Part shown: in pieces, positions 18,911 to 28,268 of the stretch
Layout of the letters: the number at the start of each line of letters is the position of its first letter
Numbering within the stretch: position 1 is the stretch's first letter
Virus record (IMG/VR): IMGVR_UViG_3300033153_007398
Coordinates: 1 to 47,087 of that record
DNA: 47,087 bases
Reading direction: 5' to 3' (one strand)
Origin: a virus
Notes under the pieces: generated by a model
The model's input: the letters and a program-made list of their open reading frames with translations, nothing else
What the model was told of the DNA's origin: nothing
The model's database searches: none
Translations under genes and position numbers: made by a program

Positions 18911-20980
18911 CTATTTAGCAATTAATGGTGCTGATTGATTCCAATTTGTACCATCATATATAAGTTGTATCATATCTGCATCAGTCACAGATACATCGGC
19001 AGTATTTACAAGTTTTAGATTACCTGTACCATGCTTTAAATCTAAACTACCGTTAAATTTTAAAGTTATAGTTTTACCTGTTTTCCTAACAGTCCCTTCA
19101 ATTGTAGTAATATCAGTTGTTCCAGTTATACTAATAAAGCCACTATTACTATTACAAATAATTGACCCTGCACTTGCAACTGTTGGAAAATTTGTATTTG
19201 TAGCTGAAGATAGATTATTTTCAAAAAATATTTTGTTACCGTTTGAACCAGTAACACCAGTAAAATCATACTCAGTTGCTATTGCGTTTGCATCAAACTG
19301 TGTTCGATTGCCTGTTACAACTACCCAAGGAGCTCCATTATTTATATCAGCAATAACAGTGTGAAAAGTATTACCATCAGTAGATCGAATATAATTATCT
19401 TTAAATGTATTACGCTGATCTGCAAAATCAACAACGGCACCTGTTGTGACATCCTCAAAATAACATCCTTGAATGATATTATCCGTATTAGTTGCGCCAA
19501 AACTAATAAAGTCATTTGCAGTTGTTGTTCCTCCAGCGCTGGTACCTTTAAAAACACAATTAGATATTATAGATCCTGTTGAAGAGCCTTTATATACAAT
19601 TCCTTCACCATTGTAATTAGTAGTATTTGTCTCAATATCACAATTTGATATAGTAACATCAGAGGCTATTGCAAGAGCTGTACCTGCGTATCCGTCAACA
19701 GAACAATTCGATATGGATGAATCAACACCAGTAAAAAATACTGTCCCACTTGCATCATCCGCATTAACAACATGTATATTTGCATAGATACCCGTCCCAC
19801 TTACTGCCCCATAACAATCTTTTACAGCACAATTTGAAACTGAAATTGGTTCATTCGCACCATTTGAGACAAAGTATCCTTCTAATTGTTCAGCATAACA
19901 GTTAGTGACTACTGTATTTCTTTGGTTTGCGTAAATACAATGGTCAGTTTTTGCCGTACCAATATCTCTAAAATTACAATTACTAATTTCCATTCCTTCG
20001 GCATTTGTAAATACTGCTGCAGCACCACCACTACCACCAGCACCAATATTGGCACAGTCAACAAAAGTGCATCTATCAACCACCCACTCTTTAGACCCAA
20101 CTGTATCAACTTTTAACGGAAATCCTAAACCCTCAAACTCACAATCGATAACCCTTATTCTTGATGTATGATATGGTGCGGATATGCCAAAACCTTGAGC
20201 ATCCTTATCACTATCTGAACCAAACTTAATCCCATTAATAAATAAATCATTAACAGCATCATTTGATCCAGATATCCATAATATAACTGTATTTGTACCT
20301 TCATTTGTAACAAGTTCAAGTTCTGGCATACCTATCCCTTGCCATGATACTTGATCTTTCATAGTTATTGCAGCATTACCACCTGTACTAGTTATTGAAT
20401 ACGTATTGGATGCTTTTCTTATAATTAACGTAGCACCCGCTCCACAAGCTTGATTCGCTTCACTAATTATAACACCATCATTTGTACCACCATCTGCATT
20501 AGGATTGAACCAATTTAGTTCAATTTCTTTTTGGCTTTCTTTTGCAGATCCAAAAGCTATAGTTCCACTACCACTTTTTATTGGATAGTTTCCAATTTCA
20601 ACTGAACCATTAAAAGTGACAACTTTGCCAGAAGCTACATTTAAAGTAACTCCTCTAGGAATTATAACTGTTGTTGTAGTTGCAAAAGTTATATCATCAC
20701 TAATAGTCCAAGTATCAGGCTTCAACCATAAAGTAGTTTCATTTGCACCTATTGCAGTAATAGCAGTTTGAATAGTGGCATCAGTAAATGTAGCTCCATC
20801 ACCATAAATCTCTGCTACATCTATAATATGTTCTCTAAGATTAACCATCCCATCATAGAGACTTGCACTTGTAATCTTTTTAGTAGTATTAAGATTATCA
20901 TCTACTATAGCTACTTCATCAGTGTCAGTAAGATTAGATCTTGTTAATTCTGCAAGATCGCTAATTTTTGCATCAGCCAT
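18911..20980 (-). CDS. tailspike / tail fibre with right-handed parallel beta-helix repeats (putative depolymerase)
   Basis: N-terminus MADAKISDLAELT...TKKITSASL is typical of tail-fibre anchor domains. The central region has periodic (I/V)(S/T)NCxxxx repeats (ISNCNFRD, VTNCYAEQ, VSNCAVKD, ISNCSVDG, ISNCDIET, ISNCVFKG, IQGCYFED), as in pectate-lyase-fold tailspikes. Confidence 0.7.
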   Translation of the reverse strand: MADAKISDLAELTRSNLTDTDEVAIVDDNLNTTKKITSASLYDGMVNLREHIIDVAEIYGDGATFTDATIQTAITAIGANETTLWLKPDTWTISDDITFATTTTVIIPRGVTLNVASGKVVTFNGSVEIGNYPIKSGSGTIAFGSAKESQKEIELNWFNPNADGGTNDGVIISEANQACGAGATLIIRKASNTYSITSTGGNAAITMKDQVSWQGIGMPELELVTNEGTNTVILWISGSNDAVNDLFINGIKFGSDSDKDAQGFGISAPYHTSRIRVIDCEFEGLGFPLKVDTVGSKEWVVDRCTFVDCANIGAGGSGGAAAVFTNAEGMEISNCNFRDIGTAKTDHCIYANQRNTVVTNCYAEQLEGYFVSNGANEPISVSNCAVKDCYGAVSGTGIYANIHVVNADDASGTVFFTGVDSSISNCSVDGYAGTALAIASDVTISNCDIETNTTNYNGEGIVYKGSSTGSIISNCVFKGTSAGGTTTANDFISFGATNTDNIIQGCYFEDVTTGAVVDFADQRNTFKDNYIRSTDGNTFHTVIADINNGAPWVVVTGNRTQFDANAIATEYDFTGVTGSNGNKIFFENNLSSATNTNFPTVASAGSIICNSNSGFISITGTTDITTIEGTVRKTGKTITLKFNGSLDLKHGTGNLKLVNTADVSVTDADMIQLIYDGTNWNQSAPLIAK

Positions 20981-20992
20981 AATAAACTCCTA

Positions 20993-21226
20993 TTAAAAAA
21001 GTATCCCATCTCCAGCTTCAGTTAATAATTTATCTTCAATTTCTTGGAGAATATATTGATCAGTACTTGCTGTGAATAGATTTATAAAATGATGAATTCT
21101 CAATCCTTGTTCAGTGGGCATTAAGTTATGACATTCAACTAAAGTTTGATCTCCAGCCATAGTTTCTTTAAATCTCCTAAGCCCGCCTTTTAGACCTTTA
21201 TCAAAAGTATATTCAAATTCTTTCAT
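20993..21226 (-). CDS. hypothetical protein (77 aa)
   Basis: ORF track. ATGA-type overlap with the upstream gene. Confidence 0.45.
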   Translation of the reverse strand: MKEFEYTFDKGLKGGLRRFKETMAGDQTLVECHNLMPTEQGLRIHHFINLFTASTDQYILQEIEDKLLTEAGDGILF

Positions 21227-21942
21227 CCATCCATCTCCTCAATATTACTTTGATCTTGATCTACAATATCTTTATCCAAATCTGTTAAATCACTATCTAC
21301 TACAAAATCCCAATCTCTCACACCCTCAGTATTTCTATAACTAACTTCTAACTGTCTTAATGCAGCATTTATTAATAGATCCGAATGCTCAACACTCCAG
21401 TAATTTTCATCTCCTTCACTATTTAATGCTGGAAGATAGAAGACTCCAACTACTTCAATAACATAAGCTTCATCTAATGGAGGACCAAATATAATTCCAT
21501 CATAACTTTCACTACTCGCCATAACAAAATTCATATAAGTAGCAAGATTATCCATATCAGTTGAGTCAACACTTCTTAGTCTTGCAGGGACATAGTATAA
21601 TGGCCCACCAGTATCAATCTCAGAGATAGGTTCAGGGAATATATCTCTAAACTCTTGCATAGTTTTCTTTTCAAGTTCATATCTACTAGTACCATTGTTC
21701 ACCCAAACTTCCTTAATTGATCTAGCAGTTTGAAAACTCATAGTATAAGCATCAATAGCTTTCTCATCAAATATAGATGAGGATGAACGCTTGACATTCA
21801 TCTTTCTTTCAAGCCACTTTTGGCCATTATCTATAAAATAATCAGCACCATTATCAGTATAATCTGCACCCCAATAATCAGTAGCTAAATCATAACGACC
21901 ACTAAGTTCTATAAACTTTGTTCTTAATTCTACTCTAGTCAT
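21223..21942 (-). CDS. head-tail connector/adaptor candidate (239 aa), function unproven
   Basis: ORF track. Called only from its position directly after the capsid gene. Confidence 0.4.
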   Translation of the reverse strand: MTRVELRTKFIELSGRYDLATDYWGADYTDNGADYFIDNGQKWLERKMNVKRSSSSIFDEKAIDAYTMSFQTARSIKEVWVNNGTSRYELEKKTMQEFRDIFPEPISEIDTGGPLYYVPARLRSVDSTDMDNLATYMNFVMASSESYDGIIFGPPLDEAYVIEVVGVFYLPALNSEGDENYWSVEHSDLLINAALRQLEVSYRNTEGVRDWDFVVDSDLTDLDKDIVDQDQSNIEEMDG

Positions 21943-21983
21943 TTTTATACCTTAAAATATCATGTCTAGATCCAGTTTGGATT

Positions 21984-22013
21984 AAATGACCCACTATCCA
22001 AGCTGGGCCATTT
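21984..22013 (-). terminator. stable hairpin after the major capsid gene
   Basis: On the - strand RNA: AAAUGGCCCA-10 nt-UGGGUCAUUU, 10 bp including one G:U. No clear U-tract, so it may be an attenuator or stabiliser rather than a full terminator. Confidence 0.35.
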
Positions 22014-22037
22014 AATACTAATTATAATTAGTTTAGT

Positions 22038-23327
22038 TTATGGACTACCATTATCTGTATTAAATCCATTCAAGTACGCCATAGTTGAAGGATGATGAAT
22101 CTCAAACCCCATTTCAGTCAGATACTCTTCATCAGTACCATCGATCCTATTACGTCCAGTGTTTTTCTTATCCGGGTCATTATAGAATGTAGTATCAGTA
22201 ATATAGCGATACTTAAGATTCTTAGGCTCGAACAATACCATACTATTTCTATGAGTTTCCTCAAAACTAAACAATGGATGGACAATAAGATTAACCGTAC
22301 CAAATGGAGTAACCCATTTCATAACATTAATCCCATAAGATGTGGTTTCGGCAGTAAAGTTAAACGTACCATACTCCTTCACTAATTTATTAATCCCAAG
22401 GATTGCACCAGAACCAGCAAGACCAAGACGCTCTCTTCCGCCATAACGGAATAATTCTTCAAGTTGAACATCTAACCATTCCTCTCCATTAGCAAGCCAA
22501 GTTGTATCAGTGTAGTCAGTATTTGTAGAAAAATCATCAGTTATTCCACCATTGGCACTTAGATAAGGTATAAGCCCCCAAGTACTTCTTTCAGGTTTAC
22601 CGTTATCACCGGTACCATTATAACCATAACTCCAGATTATAGACTTTTCCATCTCAACTGAATGGAGTTCAAGAGCCTCCCTCTTAGCTTCTTGGTATTG
22701 ATCACCAGTTCTAAGATGAGTCTTCAACGCAGTTCTAGTTATTGATAATGGTGTACGAAGAATCTCAGTATAGTTTGTACGCTGAGTAGGATCATATGCA
22801 ATCGCATCAGGCATTATACCACCTTCAGGATTCATATTACCAATAATTAGGATTCTATTACAATCTGCAATCCCAGTAGTTGTTGGATCGGCCTGTAACA
22901 ATTTAACAGGCATATAAGAATTAGCTCCATTACTAGTTGGAGTTGCCACTACTTTTGCATTAGTTGAATCAGCATAATTAGCTGTATTCATTAATAGTAC
23001 TTTATGACCCTGTCTAAACTCACTTACTATAGCGGCGGTGGTCTTTACATAAAGGATATCGCCAGCCACACCTCCAGTTGTATATGCAGTAGTCAAAGTA
23101 ACCTCTGTATATACATTAGTAACCGCGCCAGCTTGAGTAGCTAAGCTTTTATCCCACCAATTAAATACAGGACTATCAACTGACTCTTCTGCCATCTTTG
23201 ACATAATAGCTGTCAATGGAGCAGTCCCATTTGGATAAAGAAACAATACAGTTTCTCTCCAATTTTCTGGCCATTGGTTAGCAGCCCAATCACCATTACC
23301 TCTCATTCCCATAAATCCAGCACTCAT
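22038..23327 (-). CDS. major capsid protein (429 aa)
   Basis: Position after the portal and scaffold genes. Size typical of HK97-fold coat proteins. Very strong SD (GAGGAGG). Followed by a stable hairpin. The N-terminal WPENWRETVLFLYPNGTAPLTA segment recalls podovirus coat proteins (recollection, not searched). Confidence 0.65.
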   Translation of the reverse strand: MSAGFMGMRGNGDWAANQWPENWRETVLFLYPNGTAPLTAIMSKMAEESVDSPVFNWWDKSLATQAGAVTNVYTEVTLTTAYTTGGVAGDILYVKTTAAIVSEFRQGHKVLLMNTANYADSTNAKVVATPTSNGANSYMPVKLLQADPTTTGIADCNRILIIGNMNPEGGIMPDAIAYDPTQRTNYTEILRTPLSITRTALKTHLRTGDQYQEAKREALELHSVEMEKSIIWSYGYNGTGDNGKPERSTWGLIPYLSANGGITDDFSTNTDYTDTTWLANGEEWLDVQLEELFRYGGRERLGLAGSGAILGINKLVKEYGTFNFTAETTSYGINVMKWVTPFGTVNLIVHPLFSFEETHRNSMVLFEPKNLKYRYITDTTFYNDPDKKNTGRNRIDGTDEEYLTEMGFEIHHPSTMAYLNGFNTDNGSP

Positions 23328-23357
23328 AATATTTCCTCCTCATTTAGTTTAAATTAC

Positions 23358-24350
23358 TTAAGCAGCTACAGAAACTCCAGTTGTACCAAAAGTCGGAACT
23401 GCTCCAGTAACATAGATATTTCTTGCAGCTTGGGCCATAACAGTACAGTTAACAGATGCACAATCTTGAAGCAAGACAGAACCTTGTGTTTGAGCAGCTC
23501 CAAAACCTACTGCATGTGCAGGAACTCCTGCAGCCAACAAATTATTCATAAATGTACAATTCTTCATTAACAACATTCTTTCGACATCAGTTGCATTTGC
23601 ACCATAGACCATTACTTTATCAGTATCATCAGCTTTTGATAAGAACAAGCAGTTCTCAAAATATGTGTCTCTGCATTTCTTACCTGAAAGAGTTGCTGTC
23701 AATAAAACATTAGCCCTTATATTGCCAGTTTCGTTTGCAGAACTTCCAAAAGTGCAGTCATAGAACATTGCGCTATCACCATTATGCAAAAACTCTGAAG
23801 CGCCGGCGTCATCAAGATCAGTACTTTTGTAAAATTCACAATTACTAAATCTTGAAAACTCACCACCTTCAGCAAAACCATAAAGTCCTTCAGCTACAGT
23901 ATTTGCATTAATGACCTTAATACCAGTAAAAGTATTACGAATGCCAGTATTTTGAATAGTCGCAATATTAGTAGCTCCAGATGCTAAAGTACAGCTAATC
24001 TTTGCACCTTGCCCAAAATGCCCTAATGCACCATTGACTCCAACAGTATGTAATCTATTCTTAGTGATATTAACCATAGCAGCTTCAACTACTTCTGAAT
24101 CACCATCAATAAATATAACATCATTGTTATTATCAGTTGCAGCAGCAACGGCAGCACTATAAGTCTTAAAAGATTTATTCCTCCGTTTACCACTATTAGT
24201 ATCAAGCCCATTACGATAATCAACAAACCAAGGATCACCATAAGGCATCCCAATTACGTGGGCACCTCTGACTGAAAATGATCCACTAACATTAAGATTC
24301 AATCCATCACTAGTTATACCAGCCCTTCTTAAAATTCCCCTCCAACTCAT
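23358..24350 (-). CDS. beta-helix repeat protein encoded inside the head module (330 aa)
   Basis: Periodic NCxF/DCxF turns (SNCEFYKS, YDCTFGSS, ENCLFLSK, KNCTFMNN, QDCASVNC) typical of parallel beta-helices. SD AGGAGGATATT. Confidence 0.55.
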   Translation of the reverse strand: MSWRGILRRAGITSDGLNLNVSGSFSVRGAHVIGMPYGDPWFVDYRNGLDTNSGKRRNKSFKTYSAAVAAATDNNNDVIFIDGDSEVVEAAMVNITKNRLHTVGVNGALGHFGQGAKISCTLASGATNIATIQNTGIRNTFTGIKVINANTVAEGLYGFAEGGEFSRFSNCEFYKSTDLDDAGASEFLHNGDSAMFYDCTFGSSANETGNIRANVLLTATLSGKKCRDTYFENCLFLSKADDTDKVMVYGANATDVERMLLMKNCTFMNNLLAAGVPAHAVGFGAAQTQGSVLLQDCASVNCTVMAQAARNIYVTGAVPTFGTTGVSVAA

Positions 24351-24409
24351 AATATCCTCCTATCTAATTCTAATTGATACTCGACTATTGTCGACGAGGT
24401 TATTGTTTA

Positions 24410-24748
24410 TTAAGCAACATTAGTATACAATGTCAACCAACTATCGCCAGTACAATACATAACTGCAACATCATCATCAGCGTCCATACTGTGAATTGTA
24501 GTTGCGGTCTCCTTATCTACAAGAGTAACGGTATCTTGAGCATTACCTTCAGGAGCAATGACACTAAATATACTCCCAGCACACTCCGCCATAGGAGGTA
24601 ATGTTACTGTGAACGCTGCAGCAGTTGAATCCGCTATGATATGATTATCATATGGTTTCATCTGATATGTAGTAAGTACAGTTTTTACAAAAGGATTCCC
24701 TCCTTGATAAGTATCCCTATTACTTCTGTCAATTCTATTTTGACTCAT
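24410..24748 (-). CDS. hypothetical head-module protein (112 aa)
   Basis: ORF track. Begins 3 nt after the scaffold-like gene stop. Confidence 0.45.
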   Translation of the reverse strand: MSQNRIDRSNRDTYQGGNPFVKTVLTTYQMKPYDNHIIADSTAAAFTVTLPPMAECAGSIFSVIAPEGNAQDTVTLVDKETATTIHSMDADDDVAVMYCTGDSWLTLYTNVA

Positions 24749-24750
24749 AA

Positions 24751-25758
24751 TTAAACCTCCGTCTTTATCATATCACCTATTTGGTTAGATAAACTATTTT
24801 TATTAACATTCTTATTCTTAGATCCTCTAGTTTTGCCTCCTTTAGACTTATTAGCAAAACCAGGATTTCTAACCTTTTTCTTATTAGTCCTGCTATTCAA
24901 CTGTCTTCGGCTTACTAAAGTCTTCTTTTTAGCAGGCATTCCAAGAACTTTTCTTGTTACTTTGCCAGCTTCAGTAAAGATTTCAACCATTGTCCAATCA
25001 GGATGTTCGGCAGCAATCCCATTACCTATTCTCCCAACTGTGCCTTTTACTTCAAGTAAGTCATCATTCACTTCATAAAAATCATCAACTACAGCATTTA
25101 CTTGAGTCTGATGCTTAACCATCTTAAGAACAACACCAGGAAGTTGTTTGAGGACTTTCTCATTCTGTTTTGAGGCAGAATAATTAGCAACATTCATTAG
25201 AACTTGATGGAACTTTTCGGGATCGGATACAACATCATCTATATTCATATCACCAATGAAAGATTTTATTTCATCGCTAACATTATTAGATTCAGTATTA
25301 TCTTCACTATCATCATTAATAGAGTCGTCTGGTTTAACTGTTAGATTTGAATGAGTTCCAGACTCAAGTTCTTGAATATGTTTTAGTAAAAGTTTATTCT
25401 GCTCTCCAGGAGTTAGATCTTTTTCATCAACTTCTTCAGCTTCTTCATCTTCAGACTCATCAGATTCATCTAAATCTTCTTCGTCTTCTCCTTCTTCAGC
25501 ATCTCCCTCATCCTCTTCATCTTCAATTCCCTCATCAGTTGAAACGCTTTCCTCCTCTTCCTCTTCTCCCTCCAAATCCTTCTTGTCTTTTTCGTCGGCT
25601 CCATCAGATACATCCTCCTCACTAGTATCATCATCATTATCAGAGCTTAACCCAAGATTGGAAAGCATATCACTCATTTGAGATTGCTGGTCTTCATCCA
25701 TTACTCTACTGACATTATCATCTACTTCTGTTTCAGTATTTTCATTCTCGATTGTCAT
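24751..25758 (-). CDS. highly acidic scaffolding-like protein
   Basis: Long D/E-rich low-complexity tract and a basic C-terminus. Lies between the portal and capsid genes. Start moved to the ATG at 25758, preceded by AAGGAGGAAGAA. Confidence 0.5.
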   Translation of the reverse strand: MTIENENTETEVDDNVSRVMDEDQQSQMSDMLSNLGLSSDNDDDTSEEDVSDGADEKDKKDLEGEEEEEESVSTDEGIEDEEDEGDAEEGEDEEDLDESDESEDEEAEEVDEKDLTPGEQNKLLLKHIQELESGTHSNLTVKPDDSINDDSEDNTESNNVSDEIKSFIGDMNIDDVVSDPEKFHQVLMNVANYSASKQNEKVLKQLPGVVLKMVKHQTQVNAVVDDFYEVNDDLLEVKGTVGRIGNGIAAEHPDWTMVEIFTEAGKVTRKVLGMPAKKKTLVSRRQLNSRTNKKKVRNPGFANKSKGGKTRGSKNKNVNKNSLSNQIGDMIKTEV

Positions 25759-26071
25759 TTCTTCCTCCTTCTTCATTAGTTTCATTAGTTTCATTTACAT
25801 CAGTTAATTGCCCAATAAATTGATCTACAGTATTCATCATATGTCTTAAAGCCTCGGCGTTACCTCCTAATCTATCTAATCCTCGATTATCTAAGTTAAG
25901 AGAAGGATTCTCTAACATATCTCTTACTTCAATAAGATACTCATCCCACTCTCTAATTAAGTCTCTATAAACATTAGTTTCTTTAAAATCTTGAAACTCT
26001 TTTAGAGAAGCCGTAGGTTCAAATACTCCCTCATTACTTTTTCTTATATCTACAATATCTTTAAATGCCAC
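25742..26071 (-). CDS. hypothetical protein (109 aa)
   Basis: ORF track. GTG start with GAAAGGA RBS, directly downstream of the 26084 palindrome copy. Confidence 0.45.
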   Translation of the reverse strand: MAFKDIVDIRKSNEGVFEPTASLKEFQDFKETNVYRDLIREWDEYLIEVRDMLENPSLNLDNRGLDRLGGNAEALRHMMNTVDQFIGQLTDVNETNETNEEGGRNDNRE

Positions 26072-26083
26072 TACAATCCTTTC

Positions 26084-26110
26084 AACTGCTATGATTTATT
26101 CATAATAGTT
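26084..26110. repeat. 27-nt palindromic element, copy 3
   Basis: aactgctatgatttattcataatagtt. Overlaps the portal stop (26109-26111), upstream of the RBS of the 26071 gene (- arm). Confidence 0.8.
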
Positions 26111-28049
26111 ATATAACTCCCTCAGTGGGAATTAAGTTTCCTTGTTGTACTTGATTTTGAACTTGGCCAGGATCAACAGTTTTTATTTTAGTAAAATCCT
26201 CAACATTCTTAGCCCCATTATTTCTAGCAATATGTTTGAATATTCTAACTACATCAAACTCTTGCTGGAGTTCAGGATATTTACCAATAGTTTCAAACAT
26301 TCTAACCCAAACATCACTAAAATTATTCCCTGGAACAGTCCCATCTCTAGCATCAATATCATAATCGACTAAAATATCCATTGGGCTAACTTGCATTCTG
26401 TCATTAAATTCAGCTCCTTGGGCAGCATACTCTTTCATCAAAGTCTCTTGCCATCGCCCAGTTGTCTTAACATAAGTATCTTCTTCCATAAATTGCTGAG
26501 TATGATGAGCAAACATTCCACCTAATTCTTGCATAGATTGAAGACCAATAATTCTAGCAATTTTTTCAAGTCGACTAAATAACTCCCTTTGGGTTCCTTG
26601 AAATTCTGTACCAGTTAATCTCTCTGGGCCACCTGATCTTTGTGATCCCATTCTGCCGGTCCCAGCTATCTCCTTCATATACTCAGTCATAAAGGAAACA
26701 TCTGCTATATTTTGACGAGTAACATCATTAACTGGGAATTGCATTATACTATCTTTTACACCCCTTCCCCACATAGGCCGCCTTGTTCTAATAAGCTTCC
26801 CTGGTCCAGGATTCCTAACATCATTTATATTAACAATATAAGGATCTATTATAAACATATCTTGGATCGCTTTTCTTACATTAGCAACATGGCTATTGAA
26901 TAACCAATCTACATTCTTTTGTAAACCAAGTAAAGACTCTATCCTACTTATGGGGCTAGAACTATAACCATCAAACTCACTCGCACTTACTACAAGGGGG
27001 AACTTTCCATGATCTAGTTCAATTGGTCTAGCCTCAACAATTATACTATCCGAAGCTATAGTAAACAACCATTTCTCTGGATACTCATTATCTCCAAGTT
27101 TCCAATCTTTAGGAATTAGCTTAACAAACATCCTTATTAAATCAACTGGCTTGTTATGAGTACCTTCCTTTATCCTATTAGTCAATTTACTCTTGGTATT
27201 TCTACCAGTTCGATCTTCTCCATATAAAACAGATGTTTTTGTTTGTAATCCTTTTAAGTATTTTACATTAAATAGATCCCCATCACTATGTTTTTCCTCA
27301 CTTAAAAGATCCATATAATTAGTTCTATCTAACCAACCAAAATATTCCATCTTCTGGACATCATGAATTGGAACATTTGGATCTGGAAGACATAAGTAAG
27401 GATCAATATTCATTAATTCATTACCTTCAAATAAAACAGTCTCTTCTTTATCTCTAACAAAGTCCGCGTCTTTAAAAGGGTTTGAACTATTTATTCTTCG
27501 GGCAATAGTCCTACTCCCCCACTCAACAGTCCATCTTGGAGCAGCCACCCCAAACCCATAAGCAAGATCATCTCTATACATTGTATGTAATGGTAATGCA
27601 GTCTTAAAGTGTCTATTATGCTTCTCTATAATCTGCTCCATCATTATAGCCCCTATTGTATCTTCAGGACTAGTCCCCTCATAACGAATCATAGGGTTCT
27701 GAACAAAAGCACTTATTAAATAACCTAACACAGTCTCTAATATTGCATGAGTATATGGAAATACAATACTTACAGGTTTAAGTGGATCAGTTTTCTGTAG
27801 ATCCTGCTCACTCTCAGTTAGATCTATATAAGTTGTCAGTGTATGATCCACTTCTTTCCAAGCATCAAACCTATTACTAATAATCGCATTAGCCTCTCGG
27901 GCACGTTGCATTATATTATTAACTAATTTATTATGTAATTCACTATTAGGACGTAGATCAGTTCCTTCAGGATAATCATAATCTAAATCCTCAGCAAAAA
28001 TTGCATGATTAAAGTTATTCTCTAAATTACCATGTACTATATTTGGCAT
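26109..28049 (-). CDS. portal protein (646 aa)
   Basis: Called from size and position: downstream of the large terminase, upstream of the scaffold and capsid genes. No motif-level proof. Confidence 0.6.
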   Translation of the reverse strand: MPNIVHGNLENNFNHAIFAEDLDYDYPEGTDLRPNSELHNKLVNNIMQRAREANAIISNRFDAWKEVDHTLTTYIDLTESEQDLQKTDPLKPVSIVFPYTHAILETVLGYLISAFVQNPMIRYEGTSPEDTIGAIMMEQIIEKHNRHFKTALPLHTMYRDDLAYGFGVAAPRWTVEWGSRTIARRINSSNPFKDADFVRDKEETVLFEGNELMNIDPYLCLPDPNVPIHDVQKMEYFGWLDRTNYMDLLSEEKHSDGDLFNVKYLKGLQTKTSVLYGEDRTGRNTKSKLTNRIKEGTHNKPVDLIRMFVKLIPKDWKLGDNEYPEKWLFTIASDSIIVEARPIELDHGKFPLVVSASEFDGYSSSPISRIESLLGLQKNVDWLFNSHVANVRKAIQDMFIIDPYIVNINDVRNPGPGKLIRTRRPMWGRGVKDSIMQFPVNDVTRQNIADVSFMTEYMKEIAGTGRMGSQRSGGPERLTGTEFQGTQRELFSRLEKIARIIGLQSMQELGGMFAHHTQQFMEEDTYVKTTGRWQETLMKEYAAQGAEFNDRMQVSPMDILVDYDIDARDGTVPGNNFSDVWVRMFETIGKYPELQQEFDVVRIFKHIARNNGAKNVEDFTKIKTVDPGQVQNQVQQGNLIPTEGVI

Positions 28050-28240
28050 TATTGATCCTTCTTACCTTTAACCTTAACTTTTTTAACTAATTTATCTCTT
28101 AAACTTTTAATCTCATCATTTAAGATCTCAATAGTTACATTTAATCTAGTTAATTCAAACTGTTGAAATCCTAATATTGCTTGAATTTTATGAGTTAAAA
28201 TTTGGGATACTTTGTCCTTATTAACTTCAGTTTTACTCAT
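28049..28240 (-). CDS. small coiled-coil protein (63 aa)
   Basis: ORF track. Its stop overlaps the portal start by 1 nt. Confidence 0.4.
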   Translation of the reverse strand: MSKTEVNKDKVSQILTHKIQAILGFQQFELTRLNVTIEILNDEIKSLRDKLVKKVKVKGKKDQ

Positions 28241-28268
28241 TGTAATCCTTTCAAGTTATTTTATTTCC

